Part shown: piece by piece, positions 50,471-63,377 of the stretch
Layout of the letters: the number at the start of each line of letters is the position of its first letter
Numbering within the stretch: the first letter of the stretch is position 1
DNA from: Octopus vulgaris
Lineage: Eukaryota
Direction: 5' to 3'
Assembly: GCA_951406725.2 (NCBI GenBank)
Contig: OX597823.1
Span: 21,886,001 to 21,950,000 of the forward strand
Length of the DNA: 64,000 nt
Notes under the pieces: generated by a model
The model's input: the letters and a program-made list of their open reading frames with translations, nothing else
Database searches by the model: none
What the model was told of the DNA's origin: nothing
Position numbers and translations under genes: made by a program

Positions 50471-52244
50471 GGATGATGATGATGATGATTATGATCTCTC
50501 TTGCTCTCTCTCTCTCTCTCACACACACACATATATATATATATAGACAAACAAACTTAGAGATAAATAGCTAGATAATGAGCCATGCATACCATATAAG
50601 GTATCCTCAGCAGTGAGCTGATATTCAAAACACTCTTAACTGACCTCTCCTCCACTTTTTTGCATTGTCAATATATTGTCTGTTTCTTATTAAGGTTTCG
50701 TCAAAAGTTATTTGTTTAGCCTTCAACAGTGATACTCTACAGCTCAGTATCTGCGCAGTTTGGCTGCAACTGCACTTCTGACGCTGTGTTTTGTTTTATT
50801 AATGATTCAGTTTGTTGCTCTTTCCAGAACTATCAATCTAGCTTTATTTGAAGATCATCTTTAGTAAACATTAATGAAGCTAATTAAGAAGGAAACTAAG
50901 TTAATGTTTTCATTCAACAGATGACAACCAGCTCTTCCCTCTTCCTCACTGTGGTTAGTTCAATTCTTGTGACTTCTGGACTCTAGTTTTGATATTGTGG
51001 TAGATTTTTACCTATTGCTTAGTTCAACTCTTTCAATATCAATCCATCTGAGACCACCTCTTCTCATTTGAATGCATTCATCATCGTTACCATTATTTTA
51101 ATGTACACACTTCCATGCTCGCACAAGTTTGATGGAATTCATTGAGACAGATTTTCTGTGGCTGGGTGTCCTTCCTGTCACCTTCCACCAAGCAAAGTTA
51201 TATCTTTTCAAAGTCGGAGATGTTGTCATGAAGGCTGGACATAAATGACACCTCTATAGTTCCAGGTTCAATCCCACAGGGTGGCAATTGGGGCTAGTGT
51301 CTTCTACAATAGCCCTGGAATATTTTGACATTTGGAGAATCTGGCTTCTGTTCACTGCAAAGGGAATGTTGGAGACATCTTTTGATGAAAACATTCCATG
51401 TCACTACAGAGCCAATACTTCACTGCCATGTAGAACAGCTCTATATATACAGAGATTTTGGTAACCATAGTGATGAGACATTTGGATTATAGATGATTGT
51501 AAAGGAAGGTGAATGAGGAGTGGTGGACATATATCATCATCATCATCATCATAATTTAATGTCTGTTTTCCATGCTGGTATGGGTTGGACGGTTTGACTG
51601 GAGCTGGTAAGGCCAGGGTCCACATCAGGCTTTATCACCTGTCCTGGTATGGGTTCTATGGCTGGATGCCCATCCTAATGCCAACATATATATTTATATA
51701 CATATACATACATACATAGATACATACATAGATACATACATACATACATACATACATACATACATACATGTGTGTGTGTACTCTTGTCTTGATGTCATAC
51801 GATGATTGTGAATGAACATCACTGTCATACAAGCAGTGTTGTTCATTTCCAGTCTTCCATGAAAATCATGTCTGGCCATGAAAAAAATATTACCTTACTT
51901 GGAAACGGATAAGAGTGGGCAACAGGAAGGGAACCTGCCAATAGAAAATCTGTCTCAACAAAGTCTGTCTGATCCAAGCAAGCATGGAAAAATGGACATT
52001 AAATAATGATGATGATGTATGTATGTGTGTATGTAGGTGTGTGTATGTCTGTCTATCTGTATGTATGTATGTATATATATATACACATACATATATATAT
52101 ATATACATATATACATCACCATCATCATCATCATCGTTTAACGTCCGTTTTCCGCACTAGCACGGGTTGGATGGTTTGACCGGGGTCTGGGAAGCCAGGG
52201 TCTGCACCAGGCTCCAGTCTGATCTGGCAGAGTTTCTACAGCTG

Positions 52245-52282
<38 letters not shown>

Positions 52283-52360
52283 GCACACACACACACATGT
52301 GCATATGTATAGTTGCAAACAGCCCAGTCAGGAGACTGTCGACTTTGATGTAATAAACAT

Positions 52361-52410
<50 letters not shown>

Positions 52411-53521
52411 TCATGCATATATGTGTTTATTATATATATATATATTTATTCACATACACACACACATACATGCATACATACACACACTAAACTTTATAGG
52501 GAGAAAAATACATAGATTTTAGCCATCACTGTAATTGCAAATTAATTATATTAGATGCATTAGACTGTCGAAAATGTCTGTCATGTTTAAAGAACTGCAG
52601 ACAGTAGAAGAAGAATTGACAGGACTGTAGATTCAAACATCATTACATTCTAGTCATCACTCACCTAACTCTTCACTGACCAATGTCAAGGTGTATTTAG
52701 AACCACAGTTGTTAAGTATAGATCTAAACTGAGTACAGATGCTATATTAAGCCTCTCATATATTCCTGTGTACTCCCTACATACATACATACATACATAC
52801 ATACATACATACCCTGTTATTGATGCTGAAATTCGAATGAAGGAGCATTGGATCTAGGTTAGAAACTGGCTCTTTCTCTCATTATATAATATAATGTGTA
52901 TTGTATGTATGTATGTCATCATTCAGATTTACTTCAAGATTTCTTGCCAATAGAGAAAGAACCAGTTTCTAACCTAGATCCAATGCTCCTTCGTTCGAAT
53001 TTCAGCATCAACAACAGGGTATGTATGTATGTATGTATGTATGTATGTATGTATGTATGTATGTATGTATGTATGTACACAGGAATATACGAGAGGCTTA
53101 ATATAGCATCTGTACTCAATTTAGATCTATACTTAACAACTGTGGCTCTAAATACACCTTGACATTGGTCAGTGAAGAGTTAGGTGAGTGATGACTAGAA
53201 TGTAATGATGTTTGAATCTACAGTCCTGTCAATTCTTCTTCTGCTGTCTGCAGTTCTTTAAACATGACAGACATTTGCGATAGTCTAATGCATCTAATAT
53301 AATTAATTTTCAGTTACAGTGATGGCTAAAATCTATGTATTTTTCCCCATATAAAGTTTAGTGTGTGTATGTATGCATGTATGTGTGTGTGTATGTGTAT
53401 AAATATATATATATAATAAACACATATATGCATGCATGTGTGTGTGTGTGTGTATATATGTATGTTTATTACATCAAAGTCGACAGTCTCCTGACTGGGC
53501 TGTTTGCAACTATACATATGC

Positions 53522-53560
<39 letters not shown>

Positions 53561-53587
53561 CGTGCGTGTGCGTGTGTTTGTGTGTGT

Positions 53588-53600
<13 letters not shown>
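52245..53600. repeat. Large inverted duplication (arms about 0.6 kb, spacer about 70 bp)
   Basis: 52296-52879 is the reverse complement of 52952-53526, with scattered substitutions and microsatellite length differences. Confidence 0.92.
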
Positions 53601-53660
<60 letters not shown>

Positions 53661-54217
53661 TGTGTGTGTGTGCGTGAGTGAGACTAGATCATGGTAAAGC
53701 AGCGAGTTGGTAATGTCAGTAAGAGGAGATAAATCTAATTAACAAAAAGGTTAATTAAAATTGCTGAAAGCAAAATAGAAAAAAACAAACAAACAAACAG
53801 ACAAAACATGAATTAAAATATTATTTGAAATCACATGAGAGATAAATTGTCTTTTTAGTATTTTTTAATTAGTAATTCATGTTTAAGGCACAGGCCAACT
53901 TAACTCCATGGCTCTAAAAGTGCTTCATAATTCCAAGTTAATAATTCAAGTTTAATTGGATTTCCTGTGTCCTTTGTTGGCCAAAATCAGTTCTTTAATG
54001 CATTTTGAAATAAAATACTTGCCTTATGATTCTCTTGCTTGTGACTTACGTGTAATCCTGTATGCACACACATAGACACTCACACACTCACACAATGTCA
54101 GCAGTATGTTCTAACATTCATCATCCATGCTTGCCATGGGTTGGAAATGCATATAAATAAACAAATATGTATGGAGATAGATAGGGAGATAGAAAGATAG
54201 GTAGATCTAGATATATT

Positions 54218-54447
54218 AAGGCGGCGAGCTGGCAGAAACGTTAGCACGCCGGGTGAAATGTGTAGCCGTATTTCGTCTGCCGTTACGTTCTGAGTTCAAA
54301 TTCCGCCGAGGTCGACTTTGCCTTTCATCCTTTCGGGGTCGATTAAATAAGTACCAGTTACGCACTGGGGTCGGTATAATCGACTGAATCCGTTTGTCTG
54401 TCCTTGTTTGTCCCCTCTGTGTTTAGCCCCTTGTGGGTAGTAAAGAA
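54218..54447 (+). mobile_element. SINE B1 with 21-bp TSD
   Basis: ATAGGTAGATCTAGATATATT at 54197-54217 and 54448-54468. Confidence 0.95.
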
Positions 54448-54522
54448 ATAGGTAGATCTAGATATATTTATATATGAATAGAAGAGACAGACAAACAATA
54501 ACAGGTGTGAAGAACATATATT

Positions 54523-56403
54523 CCAGATTGGGTCAAAGGATTTTTCGGCTTTTCACAGCTGATTTTTGGCAACATGTATCTCCATGTTACTCTTTTACCT
54601 GTTTCAGTCAGTTGACTGCGGCCATGCTGGAGCACCGCCTTTTAGTCGAGCAACTCAACCCCCGGGACTTATTCTTTTTTGTAAGCCCAGTACTTATTCC
54701 ATCGGTCTCTTTTGCCGAACCGCTAAGCGACGGGGACATAAACACACCAGCATCGGTTGTCAAGCAATGCTAGGGGGACAAACACAGACACACAAACATA
54801 CACACACACACACACATATATATATACATATACACGACGGGCTTCTTTCAGTTTCCGTCTACCAAATCCACTCCCAAGGCTTTGGTCGGCCCGAGGCTAT
54901 AGTAGAAGACATTTGCCCAAGGTGACATGCAGTGGGACTGAACCTGGAACCATGTGGCTGGTAAGCAAGCTACTTACCACACAACCACTCCTGCACCTAT
55001 ACATCATTATATTGACACAACTTGTTGTCTAGTCATTGCTGAATTACTTATTCTGTATTTTCATATGTAACAGATAAACGTTAGTACTTTATTCTTTATT
55101 TTACAGCTTTGATAATGAGTGGTGAAAAAAATTGCAATTAGAACCATTTTACAATATCTGTGGTGAAAAAGAGTGAGTGCAAGAGCAATGGTCAAAGAAA
55201 CTAACGATGTGGAAGACTCAGGAACTGTCAATGAATGAGTGGTATGAAACTAGTTCAGATATTTCAAAGATAGTGACACCAGCCTCGAAGATAAACCAAG
55301 ATCAGGGAGACCTTCAGTTTTGGAAGTTGTAGCCTTGCATGAAATGGTTGAACAACAACCAAACAAAAGCTTTCTTAGATTGTGAGCAGAACTTGATCAT
55401 TCACAAAGTCCCATCAGTCGACACATCTATAAGCTCAGCCTTGTGAACAGAAACTGCTGAGAAGCTTGTCATGAACTGACCAATGACCATGCTCAACGAC
55501 ATCTGAACATTTGCAAGCAACTGCTGGCAAATCCTCGAGATGCCCGTTTTTAGTGTTGAATTCTAACTTGGGATGAAAAATGTATCTATTTTCATAATTC
55601 TAATCAGAGAAATCAGTGACGTCATTCTGGTCAAGCTTCAGAATCTCTTATTAAACAATGGCAGTTTTAAAAGAAGGTCATTTCATGTGTTCGGTGGAAT
55701 TCTGAGAGGATGTTGTACTTTGGGTTTGTCCCAGATGGTCATGCTGTGAATGCTAACCTTTATGCTCAACAACTACAGTGAGTACATAATGCTTTGAAAG
55801 CCCACTTCCCAGCATTGGTCATTCAAAGATGCATACTCCTACAATACGATGATGCCCCAGCACACACTGCCAATATGACCAAATGCAAATGTGAGGAACT
55901 TGAAGGGCTGGGAGTACTGCTTTACCCTGTCTACAGTCTAATCTTTTCCAAGTTATGGCCCACTTCCTGCATTGGCAGATGTTCAACAATGCGGAAGAGG
56001 TTGAGAACAGATACAGGGTATTTTTTTGCCTCTAAACCAGCCAAATGATATAAATGTGGAGTTGAGCTTCTGGCATAATGATGGTAAGAAACAATATTGT
56101 GTGATGGAATATATTCATCATCATCGTTTAACGTCCGTTCTCCATGCTAGCATGGGTTGGACGGTTCGACCGGGGATCTGGGAAGCCAGAAGGCTGCACC
56201 AGGCTCCAGTCTTATCTGGCAATGTTTCTACTGCTGGATGCCCTTCCTAACGCCAACCACTCTGTGAGTGTAGTGGGTGCTTTTTACGTGCCACCCGCAC
56301 AGTATACGTGCCACCCGCACAGATAAATAAATGCCTTGCATACACAATTTGTTTGAGTTATTTATTAAAGCTTGAAATACGAAAAACTTTTGACTCAACC
56401 TGG
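54523..56403 (+). mobile_element. Decayed full-length mariner (about 1.27 kb net), with nested SINE A (54588-54997, -) and RTE tail (56116-56322, -)
   Basis: TIRs CCAGATTGGGTCAAAGGATTTTTCG / CGAAAAACTTTTGACTCAACCTGG|TA; motifs FKDSDTSLEDKPRSGRP, LTWDEK, YDDAPAH; many stops. Confidence 0.85.
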
Positions 56404-57008
56404 TATATGAAGAGTTTCATATAAGAAAAGTTGCATATACAATTTATGTGATATAATCAAGTCTTATCTTTACTGCTGTTTCAGATAATTGATAACTTCC
56501 ATGGATTTTGATAGATTCTTGCAGTCATGATATCCTCATCAGAAGATGTAGGCAAATGGCTTAGGAGAGAATAGTGTTTATAGATATATGTAAGTTCAAT
56601 AAAATTAGAAAGATGGAGAAGAGTAGAAGAGGAGTTATAAAAATATGTATAAAGGTAGGGAGAGAGGTAGAATATCTGAGGCTGAGTCAGTTATTGTAAG
56701 AAATCTGTTATAAGCACAAGGAATTCAATACTCTTATTCTGAAAGCCAAAGTTTATTTCTTGCAATGATAGCGAACTTCTTATCCGTCATCATTCATAAG
56801 ATGAATAAATATCATTGAGATATCATATAAACAGTATAGTTTCATGGCTGGAGTAACTGAGTTTATAAGAAAGAGGTTTCTCAAAAGCTATTTGATTTGG
56901 TTGCTTATACAATGACATTGTTGTCTTATGTCATAATCTTAACAAGTAATTCAGAATTAGTCTGATGGGGATGTAGGATGCCAAAAATCTAATAGGTACT
57001 TATTAGGA

Positions 57009-57389
57009 GGAAGCACTCCGTCGGTTACGACGACGAGGGTTCCGGTTGATCCGAATCAACGGAACAGCCTGCTCGTGAAATTAACGTGTAAGTGGCTGAG
57101 CACTCCACAGACACGTGTACCCTTAACGTAGTTCTCGGGGATATTCAGCGTGACACAGAGAGTGACAAGGCCGGCCCTTTGAAATACAGGTACAAAAGAA
57201 ACAGGAAGTAAGAGTGAGAGAAAGTTGTGGTGAAAGAGTACAGCAGGGATCATCACCATCCCTGCCGGAGCCTCGTGGAGCTTTAGGTGTTTCTGCTCAA
57301 TAAACACTCACAACGCCCGGTCTGGGAATCGAAACCGCGATCCTATGACCGCGAGTCCGCTACCCTAACCACTGGGCCATTGTGCCTCC
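57009..57389 (-). mobile_element. SINE family F, full length, 13-bp TSD
   Basis: tRNA head TGGCCCAGTGGTTAG..GGTTTCGATTCC; AATAGGTACTTAT at 56991-57003 and 57390-57402. Confidence 0.92.
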
Positions 57390-57954
57390 AATAGGTACTT
57401 ATAGAAGTCATAGCATTCACTGAAAAATTCTGAACAAGTGTTTTGGTAATCATATGAGATTTGTGTTGTACAATATTGTAGCTTTCTCTGTTGTATGTAG
57501 CTGACACCTTCTTGTTCCACTGATGCGCGGTCTGTCTATTTCTCTTTTCCTCCATTTATCATCATTATTGTCATCAAGAGACCATATAGATATTTGCACA
57601 ATACTACTGACAACCTTTTGTCCTTGCCTCTGAAGAAGGTAGTTATAGTTTCCATATCATTGCATGAATCTTCCTTCAGCCACTTTGATGTAGTTTCTTG
57701 GTGTCAGTTTTGCCATTCTTGATAGTTTGCTGTTTCAAGCTCCTTCGACAGAGAGAATTTTTATCAAATAACAAAATTTTCGAGGCATGTATGATTATCT
57801 TTAAATAAATTTCATCTAAATCTCATCTATATAAAGGAATTTTAAATTAACTGTTAAGATTTCAACTAACAATTCTCTCTCACTCTCATTCTCTCTTTAA
57901 ACCAGAATTAATCCAGTTGACATTGCAGAAATATTTGACTAATAGTGGACACTG

Positions 57955-58114
57955 ATGGCGTCAAAGAACAAGGGAAATAATAGTGATGGCCAGAAGTCAC
58001 CTTCAGCTCATCTAGTCAAAATAGTGTTGTTAGGTGACCAAGGAGTTGGCAAGTCCAGTATAGTGGTTCGCTTTATCAAAGGAGCATTTGAAAGCACAGA
58101 AGCTACAATCGGAG
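57955..58114 (+). CDS. Rab5-subfamily small GTPase, first coding exon (exon starts at 57906)
   Basis: Acceptor tctctttaaaccag|; in-frame TAA TAG before the ATG; KIVLLGDQGVGKSSIVVRF (G1), EATIG (G2); donor G|GTAATG, phase 1. Confidence 0.9.
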
Positions 58115-58231
58115 GTAATGTAATGATATTTGCTCTCAGTTTTTTTGTTAACATTTTTTTTTATATTCGTTTTTGTTTATATTTAAAGAAAATCAGATTT
58201 TTTTCCTGCAAAGTTAGATATATATATGTGC

Positions 58232-58560
58232 AGACATGACTGTATGGTAGGGAAACTTGGTTTTCAGTCATGTTGTCTTGGGTTCATTCCCACTGCAAGG
58301 CATGTTGGGCAAGTGTCTTCTACTACAGCCCTGGGCTGTCCAATGCCTTTTGAATTGATTTGGTAGATAGAAACTGATAGATGCTCATCATATATGTGGC
58401 TGTGTGGTAAGAAGCGTGCTTCCCAGTCACATGGTTCTGAGTTCAGTGCCACTGAGTGGCACCTTGCGCAAGTGTCTTCTGCCATAGCCTTCAGCCAACC
58501 AAATCCTTGTGAGTGGATTTGGTAGATGGAAATTGAAAGAAGCCCATTGTATATATATCA
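58232..58560 (+). mobile_element. Two tandem SINE A 5' halves (intronic)
   Basis: Repeated head and core up to GAAAGAAGCCC. Confidence 0.8.
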
Positions 58561-59105
58561 AAAGGATGTGTTATGATACTATTCACAGCCATACCAACAC
58601 TCCAATGATACTATTCCACATATGCAAAAAGAGCGATACCAATAATCCCAAATACCTCCATCATCAGCTGCCCCTCGGATATCATTATGGTTTCGACACC
58701 TGAGCAGTACCATTCAATCTAGTGGTGTCAACAGCACTAAAATAACTGTTGTTTGGAAACAAACAAACCAAAGAAACCATAACTTTCAAACACATTTACC
58801 CTATGTACCACAGTATCGGTAAATATATTCAACAAGTAAATTACAACCAACTCCTAAATACGTAACTAAACAACGACAATAATAAGGATTGTTATGAAGT
58901 TGCATAGCATTACCTTTAATTCTTTTAATATATGTGTGTATTCATGTGTGTGTCTGTGTTTGTTTCCCTGCCATTGCTTCACAACCAATTCTGGTGTGTT
59001 TATGTCCCCATAAATTCTTGGTTTGGCAAAAGAGATTGATAGAATAAGTACCAGGCTTACAAAGAGTAAGACTTGGGGTTGGTTTCTTTGACTAAAACCC
59101 TTTAA

Positions 59106-59326
59106 CTCTTTCGTTACTGTATTTATTTTGAGATGCTCTGTGTTTCTTTCAGTTACTTTAAATATAACAAAGAATTTAGTAAAATAACTTAGTTATCATT
59201 AAGCTAGTGTTAGGAACATAAATTGTGACTAAGATTTGGTGGAAGATTTTAATTCAAAACTTATGGAAACAAGACATTTGTACTACAGAGCCAGAGCTGG
59301 TTTCAGCTGGGTTGGTAACGAAAGGG
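59106..59326. mobile_element. piggyBac-type MITE nested in a SINE A tail
   Basis: TTAA|CTCTTTCGTTAC...GTAACGAAAGGG|TTAA. Confidence 0.85.
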
Positions 59327-59454
59327 TTAAGGCAGTGCTCCAACATGGCTGCTGCCAAATGACAAGATACAAGGAAATTCACATCTAAAACATTTTTATT
59401 AAAAAATTTTCTACATCATAGAATGAGGGTTAGGGTTAGGGCTATATATTTATA

Positions 59455-59487
<33 letters not shown>

Positions 59488-59624
59488 ATGTATGTATGTA
59501 TGTATGTGTAAGAAAGTGTGTGTTGTGGTTGTCTTCCTCCACCTTACACTTAACAACTAGTGTTGTTTGGCTTATTTCCTTGTATCTTGGCATTTCAGCA
59601 AAAAAGATTGATAAGAATCAATAC

Positions 59625-60035
59625 TGTGGCTGTGTGGTAAGTAGCTTGCTTACCAACCACATGGTTCTGGATTCAGTCCCACTGTATGGCACCTTGGGCA
59701 AGTGTCTTCTACTATAGCCTTGGGCTGACCAAATCCTTGTGAGTGGATTTGGTAGACGGATACTGAAAGAAGCCTGTCGTATGTGTGTATATATATATAT
59801 ATATATATCATCATCATCATCATTGTTTAACGTCCGTTTTCCATGCTAGCATGGGTTATTTTATATGTTAGTGTGTCTGTGTTTGTCCCTCCAGCATTGC
59901 TTGACAACTGATGCTGGTGTGTTTACATCCATGTAACTTAGCAGTTAAGCAAAATAGACCATTAGAATAAGTCCTGAAGGTGTTGCTCCAGCATGGCCAC
60001 AGTCAAATGACTGAAACAAATAAAAGAATAAAAGA
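59625..60035 (+). mobile_element. SINE A with a short RTE tail inserted in its microsatellite
   Basis: Consensus match; CATCAT...CCATGCTAGCATGGG at 59808-59857. Confidence 0.8.
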
Positions 60036-60341
60036 ATACTTAAAAAAGAATTAAGCACCAGTGTTGATTTGTTAGATCAAACAACTTCAAGGCAGTGCCC
60101 CAGCATGGCCACAGTTCAATGTCTGAAATAAATAAAAGATAGAAATTATTGCATAATTCGTCACTGCTGTTGTTGTTGTTGTTGTGCTTATTGCTGGCTG
60201 CCTGGTGTCGCTGCAGTTGCTATTGTTGTAACTGCTGCTTGTTCTTGTTAATGTTGTTGTCGCTGTCCTTGTGTTGCAGCTTCTGTTGTTGTTGCTATTG
60301 TAGTTTGTGTTGTTGTTGTATCACTGCTATTGTTTTTGTAG

Positions 60342-60710
60342 TGGAGGCGCAATGGCCCAGTGGTTAGGGCAGCGGACTCGCGGTTTCGATTCCCAGACCG
60401 GGCGTTGTGAGTGTTTATTGAGCGAAAACACCTAAAGCTCCACGAGGCTCCGGCAGGGGGTGGTGGCGATCCCTGCTGTACTCTTTCACCACAACTTTCT
60501 CTCACTCTTACTTCCTGTTTCTGTTGTACCTGTATTTCAAGGAACCGGCCTTGTCACTCTCTGTGTCACGCTAAATATCCCCGAGAACTACGTTAAGGGT
60601 ACACGTGTCTGTGGAGTGCTCAGCCACTTACATGTTAATTTCACGAGCAGGCTGTTCCGTTGATTCGGATCAACCAGAACCCTCATCGTCGTAACCAACA
60701 GAGTGCTTCC
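60342..60710 (+). mobile_element. SINE family F in a (GTT)n tract
   Basis: Near-identical to 57009-57389, with a short deletion in the head. Confidence 0.92.
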
Positions 60711-61092
60711 ATTGTTTTTGTTATTGTTACTGTTGTTGTTGTTGTTTAACTTCAGATCAATACTGATTTTTTTGGCTGTAAATTATGGTTAGAAAAGTTT
60801 GACTTGTATGGCGTAAAATATGGTGTGATTAAAGTCAATCCACCTGTGACCACCCAATCATCCTCTTCAGGACTATATCTTGGATTTCTTTATCTCATGT
60901 TCCCTTTGCTTATTTAAGCTCATAGAGTGTGGTTTCAGTGAGATCTAGCTGTCATTTCTAGAAGATTGAGTGACTATTTAGAAGCCTCTGCTGTTGCTGC
61001 TGCTATTGTTGTTGTAGTTGTTGTTGTTGTTGCCTTTGTGACTGTTGTTGTTGTTGATATTGTAGCTGTTGTTGTATGTTGTTGTTTTCCAG

Positions 61093-61244
61093 CTGCATAT
61101 CTCACCAAAACAATAATTGTAAAAGGTCGTCAAATAAAGTTTGATATTTGGGACACAGCAGGGCAGGAACGCTACCACAGTTTGGCGCCGATGTACTACA
61201 GAGGGGCCCAGGTTGCTATTGTTGTTTATGATATCACTAAAAAG
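61093..61244 (+). CDS. Rab5-subfamily small GTPase, second coding exon (152 nt)
   Basis: ttttccag|CT GCA TAT...; AAYLTKT...[37 protein letters not shown]; donor AAG|GTGAGT; phase matches exon 1; later exons not in the window. Confidence 0.93.
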
Positions 61245-61328
61245 GTGAGTGGGTTAAGAAATGTACTTAAATATATAATAATACTAATAATACTAATATT
61301 AATAATAATAGTAATAATAATAATAATG

Positions 61329-62835
61329 AGAGCACTCGGAGAGCAGAAACCTCCACCAGGGCAACACTAGCGTCCTCTCAACGATTAGCCAGAGATGATT
61401 TTTAAAATGAGAATATCTGAAATAAACTCGACTGCTCTCACAAACGAGAATACTAAAAATGAACCCGACCATGATCTAAAAAACCAGAAAAATAATCCAG
61501 AATCCTTGTCTGGTACCTGATTGATCCCAATGGTAGTCATGGAATGTGAAGGCACCTGTAATTTAGTAACAGTAATAAATAGTTTAACCTTATCTAATAC
61601 TAGCCAAAATTAACAAATTCACTGTTCAAAATAGTTTCAAAGGTAGAGGTAATAATAATGAGTTCTACTCAAGAATTTTTAAATGAATAGCATGAGACCT
61701 TTTGGCTTTCTCTTCTCTTAAATTCCAGCCTTCCTTTAGTATTCCTTTTGTTTTAGATCAATGTATAGATGTATATATATATATATGTAATTATATTGTA
61801 AAGTGTTAATATGTATGTACAATATATCTTTATATATAAAAGTGAGGTTATGTGCTGTCTGTCTCCTACGATTTAGATTCCTAACTACTCCCACATTTTG
61901 CGGTGCAGTTTAACCAAAACCGGGTATCTTATAGTCGTGATTCATATCGAGCCCTTCTGGGTATTAGCGCACGTCTACGATGAGTCTACGATTAAAAAAA
62001 AAATTTACCATCAATTTTTCCCATTTTTAATGCATTTTTGGCATATATAAGGGAAGTAACTCTCTAAAAATTTATTATTAAATCTCAGAACATAAAAAGC
62101 TACAGTAACACCCCCCCTTTGTGGTTAGCCATATTGAGATGGCTATTATACTTTACATCTCTAAAAATGCTTATATAGTTATTTCCCTTACAAACCCGAG
62201 CAACGCCGGGCGATACTGCTAGTACGCAATAAAATGACAATTTGTTAACGATCAGCGTATAGAATATAGAGTTATTTGGATGAACACACAAATTTAATGT
62301 TATCATAAATAATGTAGGACATAGGAAACTAACAGAAGCAAGCCACGTGAGATTTGTCAGGTTCTTTATTTTCTGATTTCAAATATTGCCTTACAAACCC
62401 GAGCAACGCCGGGCGATACTGCTAGTAATGTATATATTATAAAAATATGCTTGTGTTATTTCGGTTTTGCTGTTGTTTGTTTATGTAGTTTGATTTCTCT
62501 ATCTGTCAGTTTCTACTAAGACAGAGATGCAAGTAAAATTAATGATTGAAAAACAAAAATAAAACTTTGGAAACAGCCTAAAAGAAGATAATTGAGAAAG
62601 ACTTGAAGGTCAGCATAAGATCATAATCATGTAAAGTAAATATAACAAATAATCCATAATCCTTGTCTGGCATTGGATCGATCCCAAAATCTAATCAGTT
62701 CATGCCTGTCATGAGGCCAAACATCTCTGAAGGTTTTATCTGAATCCATCCAGCTATTCTTGAGATAGGTTGTCCACGGACAAACAAACAAACAAACATA
62801 ACTGAAAAGAATACCTCTGCCTTCGCTAAGGTGGA

Positions 62836-62840
<5 letters not shown>
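61329..62840 (-). mobile_element. Split HINE-like element (61329-61530 and 62650-62840)
   Basis: Both halves match 19823-20160. Confidence 0.55.
61827..62222 (+). mobile_element. Non-autonomous Helitron, with an extra 3' terminus at 62389-62425
   Basis: A|TC...CCCGAGCAACGCCGGGCGATACTGCTAG|T. Confidence 0.9.
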
Positions 62841-62873
<33 letters not shown>

Positions 62874-62874
62874 T

Positions 62875-63122
62875 AGTTGTAATAGTACCAATAATTGTCG
62901 GAGCCCTTGAAACAGTGGATAAATCTTGAGAAGTATATGGAACAAATAGGGACTGCTATAAGGGTGGAACACTTGCAGAAAACAGCACTTCTTGGAACTG
63001 CTCGAATATGCCAGATGGTGCTTGAAAAATAAGGGATATTACCTTAGTTCACTGGTAGTGAACAGCTGGCACTGTAGTACATCTCTAGCATTAGAAGCTG
63101 TGCAAAGACAATAAATAATAAT
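62875..63122 (+). mobile_element. R4/Dong-like LINE 3' end in (TAA)n
   Basis: VPIIVGAL...EKYMEQIGTAIRVEHLQKTALLGTARI; TAA repeats on both sides. Confidence 0.75.
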
Positions 63123-63344
63123 TATCCAGGGCCCTTTTGAGCAGGATGGGCTACCTGACCTGAAGAAAATTCTAACTACAAGGTCATGCGCATTTATCAT
63201 GAAATGAGATCACCATGTCGTGCACATATGGTTGTGATGCATGTGCCTGTGTACCCTTATCAGATAGGTAGTCATGAGAGGTACATGGGGTTTCTTATAT
63301 TTGTACCCCAGTGTCACTTTGATGGCATGTGCTACTCTCTCACT

Positions 63345-63375
<31 letters not shown>

Positions 63376-63377
63376 AA

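Noticed and set aside
58685-58737. Minus-strand CTGTTGACACC...GGTGTCGAAAC
   Set aside because: No convincing stem I or III, and the core overlaps the stem
59425-59441. Telomere-like TTAGGG repeats
   Set aside because: Only about 2.5 units; not an array
60966-61370. Rab ORF with an apparent poly-Val signal/TM segment and a poly-Ile tail
   Set aside because: The hydrophobic parts are intronic (GTT)n and (AAT)n; the true exon is 61093-61244
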